Positions 63,612 through 64,000 of a stretch of 64,000 bases of DNA are shown here, piece after piece. Below the pieces are notes generated by a model, which saw nothing but the letters and a program-made list of their open reading frames with translations, was not told the origin of the DNA and ran no database searches. The DNA comes from an uncultured Chloroflexia bacterium (GTDB lineage: Bacteria > Chloroflexota > Limnocylindria > Limnocylindrales > CSP1-4), in assembly GCA_963712745.1 (NCBI GenBank), contig CAVQJC010000017.1, forward strand, positions 160,001 through 224,000, read 5' to 3'. Made by a program: the position numbers and the translations under genes. Each line of letters begins with the position of its first letter. The first letter of the stretch is position 1.

Positions 63612-64000
63612 ATGACCACGGTGGATGCAGGCGCGATGCACAGGTGGGCGGAGACGGCCGAGCGGATCGGCGCCACGCGCAAGACATCGGAGAAGGCGGA
63701 CACCGTGGCCGAGTACCTGCGCACGCTCGACGATGACGACCTGGCCACCGCCGTGGTGTTCCTCAGCGGCCGCCCGTTTCCCGAGCGAGATCAGCGCAGG
63801 ACCGGGCTCGGCTGGCGTGTGGTGAGTACGGTGGTGCAAGGCGTCGCCGGTGCGGACGACGGGGCCATGCGTCGGGCCTACGACCGCTCCTCCGACGTAG
63901 GCACGGCCGTTGCGGAACTCCTGGCCGAGGTCGGTCACCGACCGCCACCGGGGTCGGCGCCCCTGACCCTGGCCGATGTCGCCTCCGCCTATGACGCGCT
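63612..64000 (+). CDS. ATP-dependent DNA ligase, N-terminal part (runs off the window)
   Basis: Frame not in the ORF track: M..HRWAETAERIGATRKTSEK..AEYLRTL..AVVFLSGRPF..GLGW..YDRSSDVG..LTLADV. Confidence 0.8.
   Translation, partial: MTTVDAGAMHRWAETAERIGATRKTSEKADTVAEYLRTLDDDDLATAVVFLSGRPFPERDQRRTGLGWRVVSTVVQGVAGADDGAMRRAYDRSSDVGTAVAELLAEVGHRPPPGSAPLTLADVASAYDA

Overview
High-GC bacterial chromosomal window. Many genes look leaderless, and the gene content suggests Chloroflexota or Actinomycetota (inference only). The standout region is about 0.5-16 kb. It is a polarised array of roughly 15 short genes in both orientations, mostly encoding secreted proteins, punctuated by 12 same-strand copies of a 45-bp site. 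I call this site R: CCATGGCGGCGACG-ACCAGACATAA-CCCGCTAT-TCATGGCGATT-C. Its core is an imperfect 11-8-11 dyad resembling a tyrosine-recombinase (Xer/cer-like) site. Left of R sits either a portable promoter (L) serving minus-strand genes or a short tail (L') following plus-strand genes. Four plus-strand cassettes carry a c-di-GMP-II-like riboswitch, RBS and shared signal peptide fused to unrelated mature domains. No recombinase is encoded in the window, so this looks like an integron-like cassette and domain-shuffling system acted on in trans. The rest of the window is metabolic or housekeeping: ettA; a purine-catabolism-like cluster (two carbamoyltransferases, two PLP enzymes, Mo-hydroxylase, ssnA, ygfK); an ABC exporter; two vapBC loci; XylFGH-like ABC, M24, CRTAC1 and vanadium haloperoxidase genes; a sulfatase; a pseudo-histidine kinase; GH36 and GH5; a thiolase; iscA; nifJ; lrp/lysE; and a partial ATP-dependent DNA ligase. 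All alignments were done by eye.
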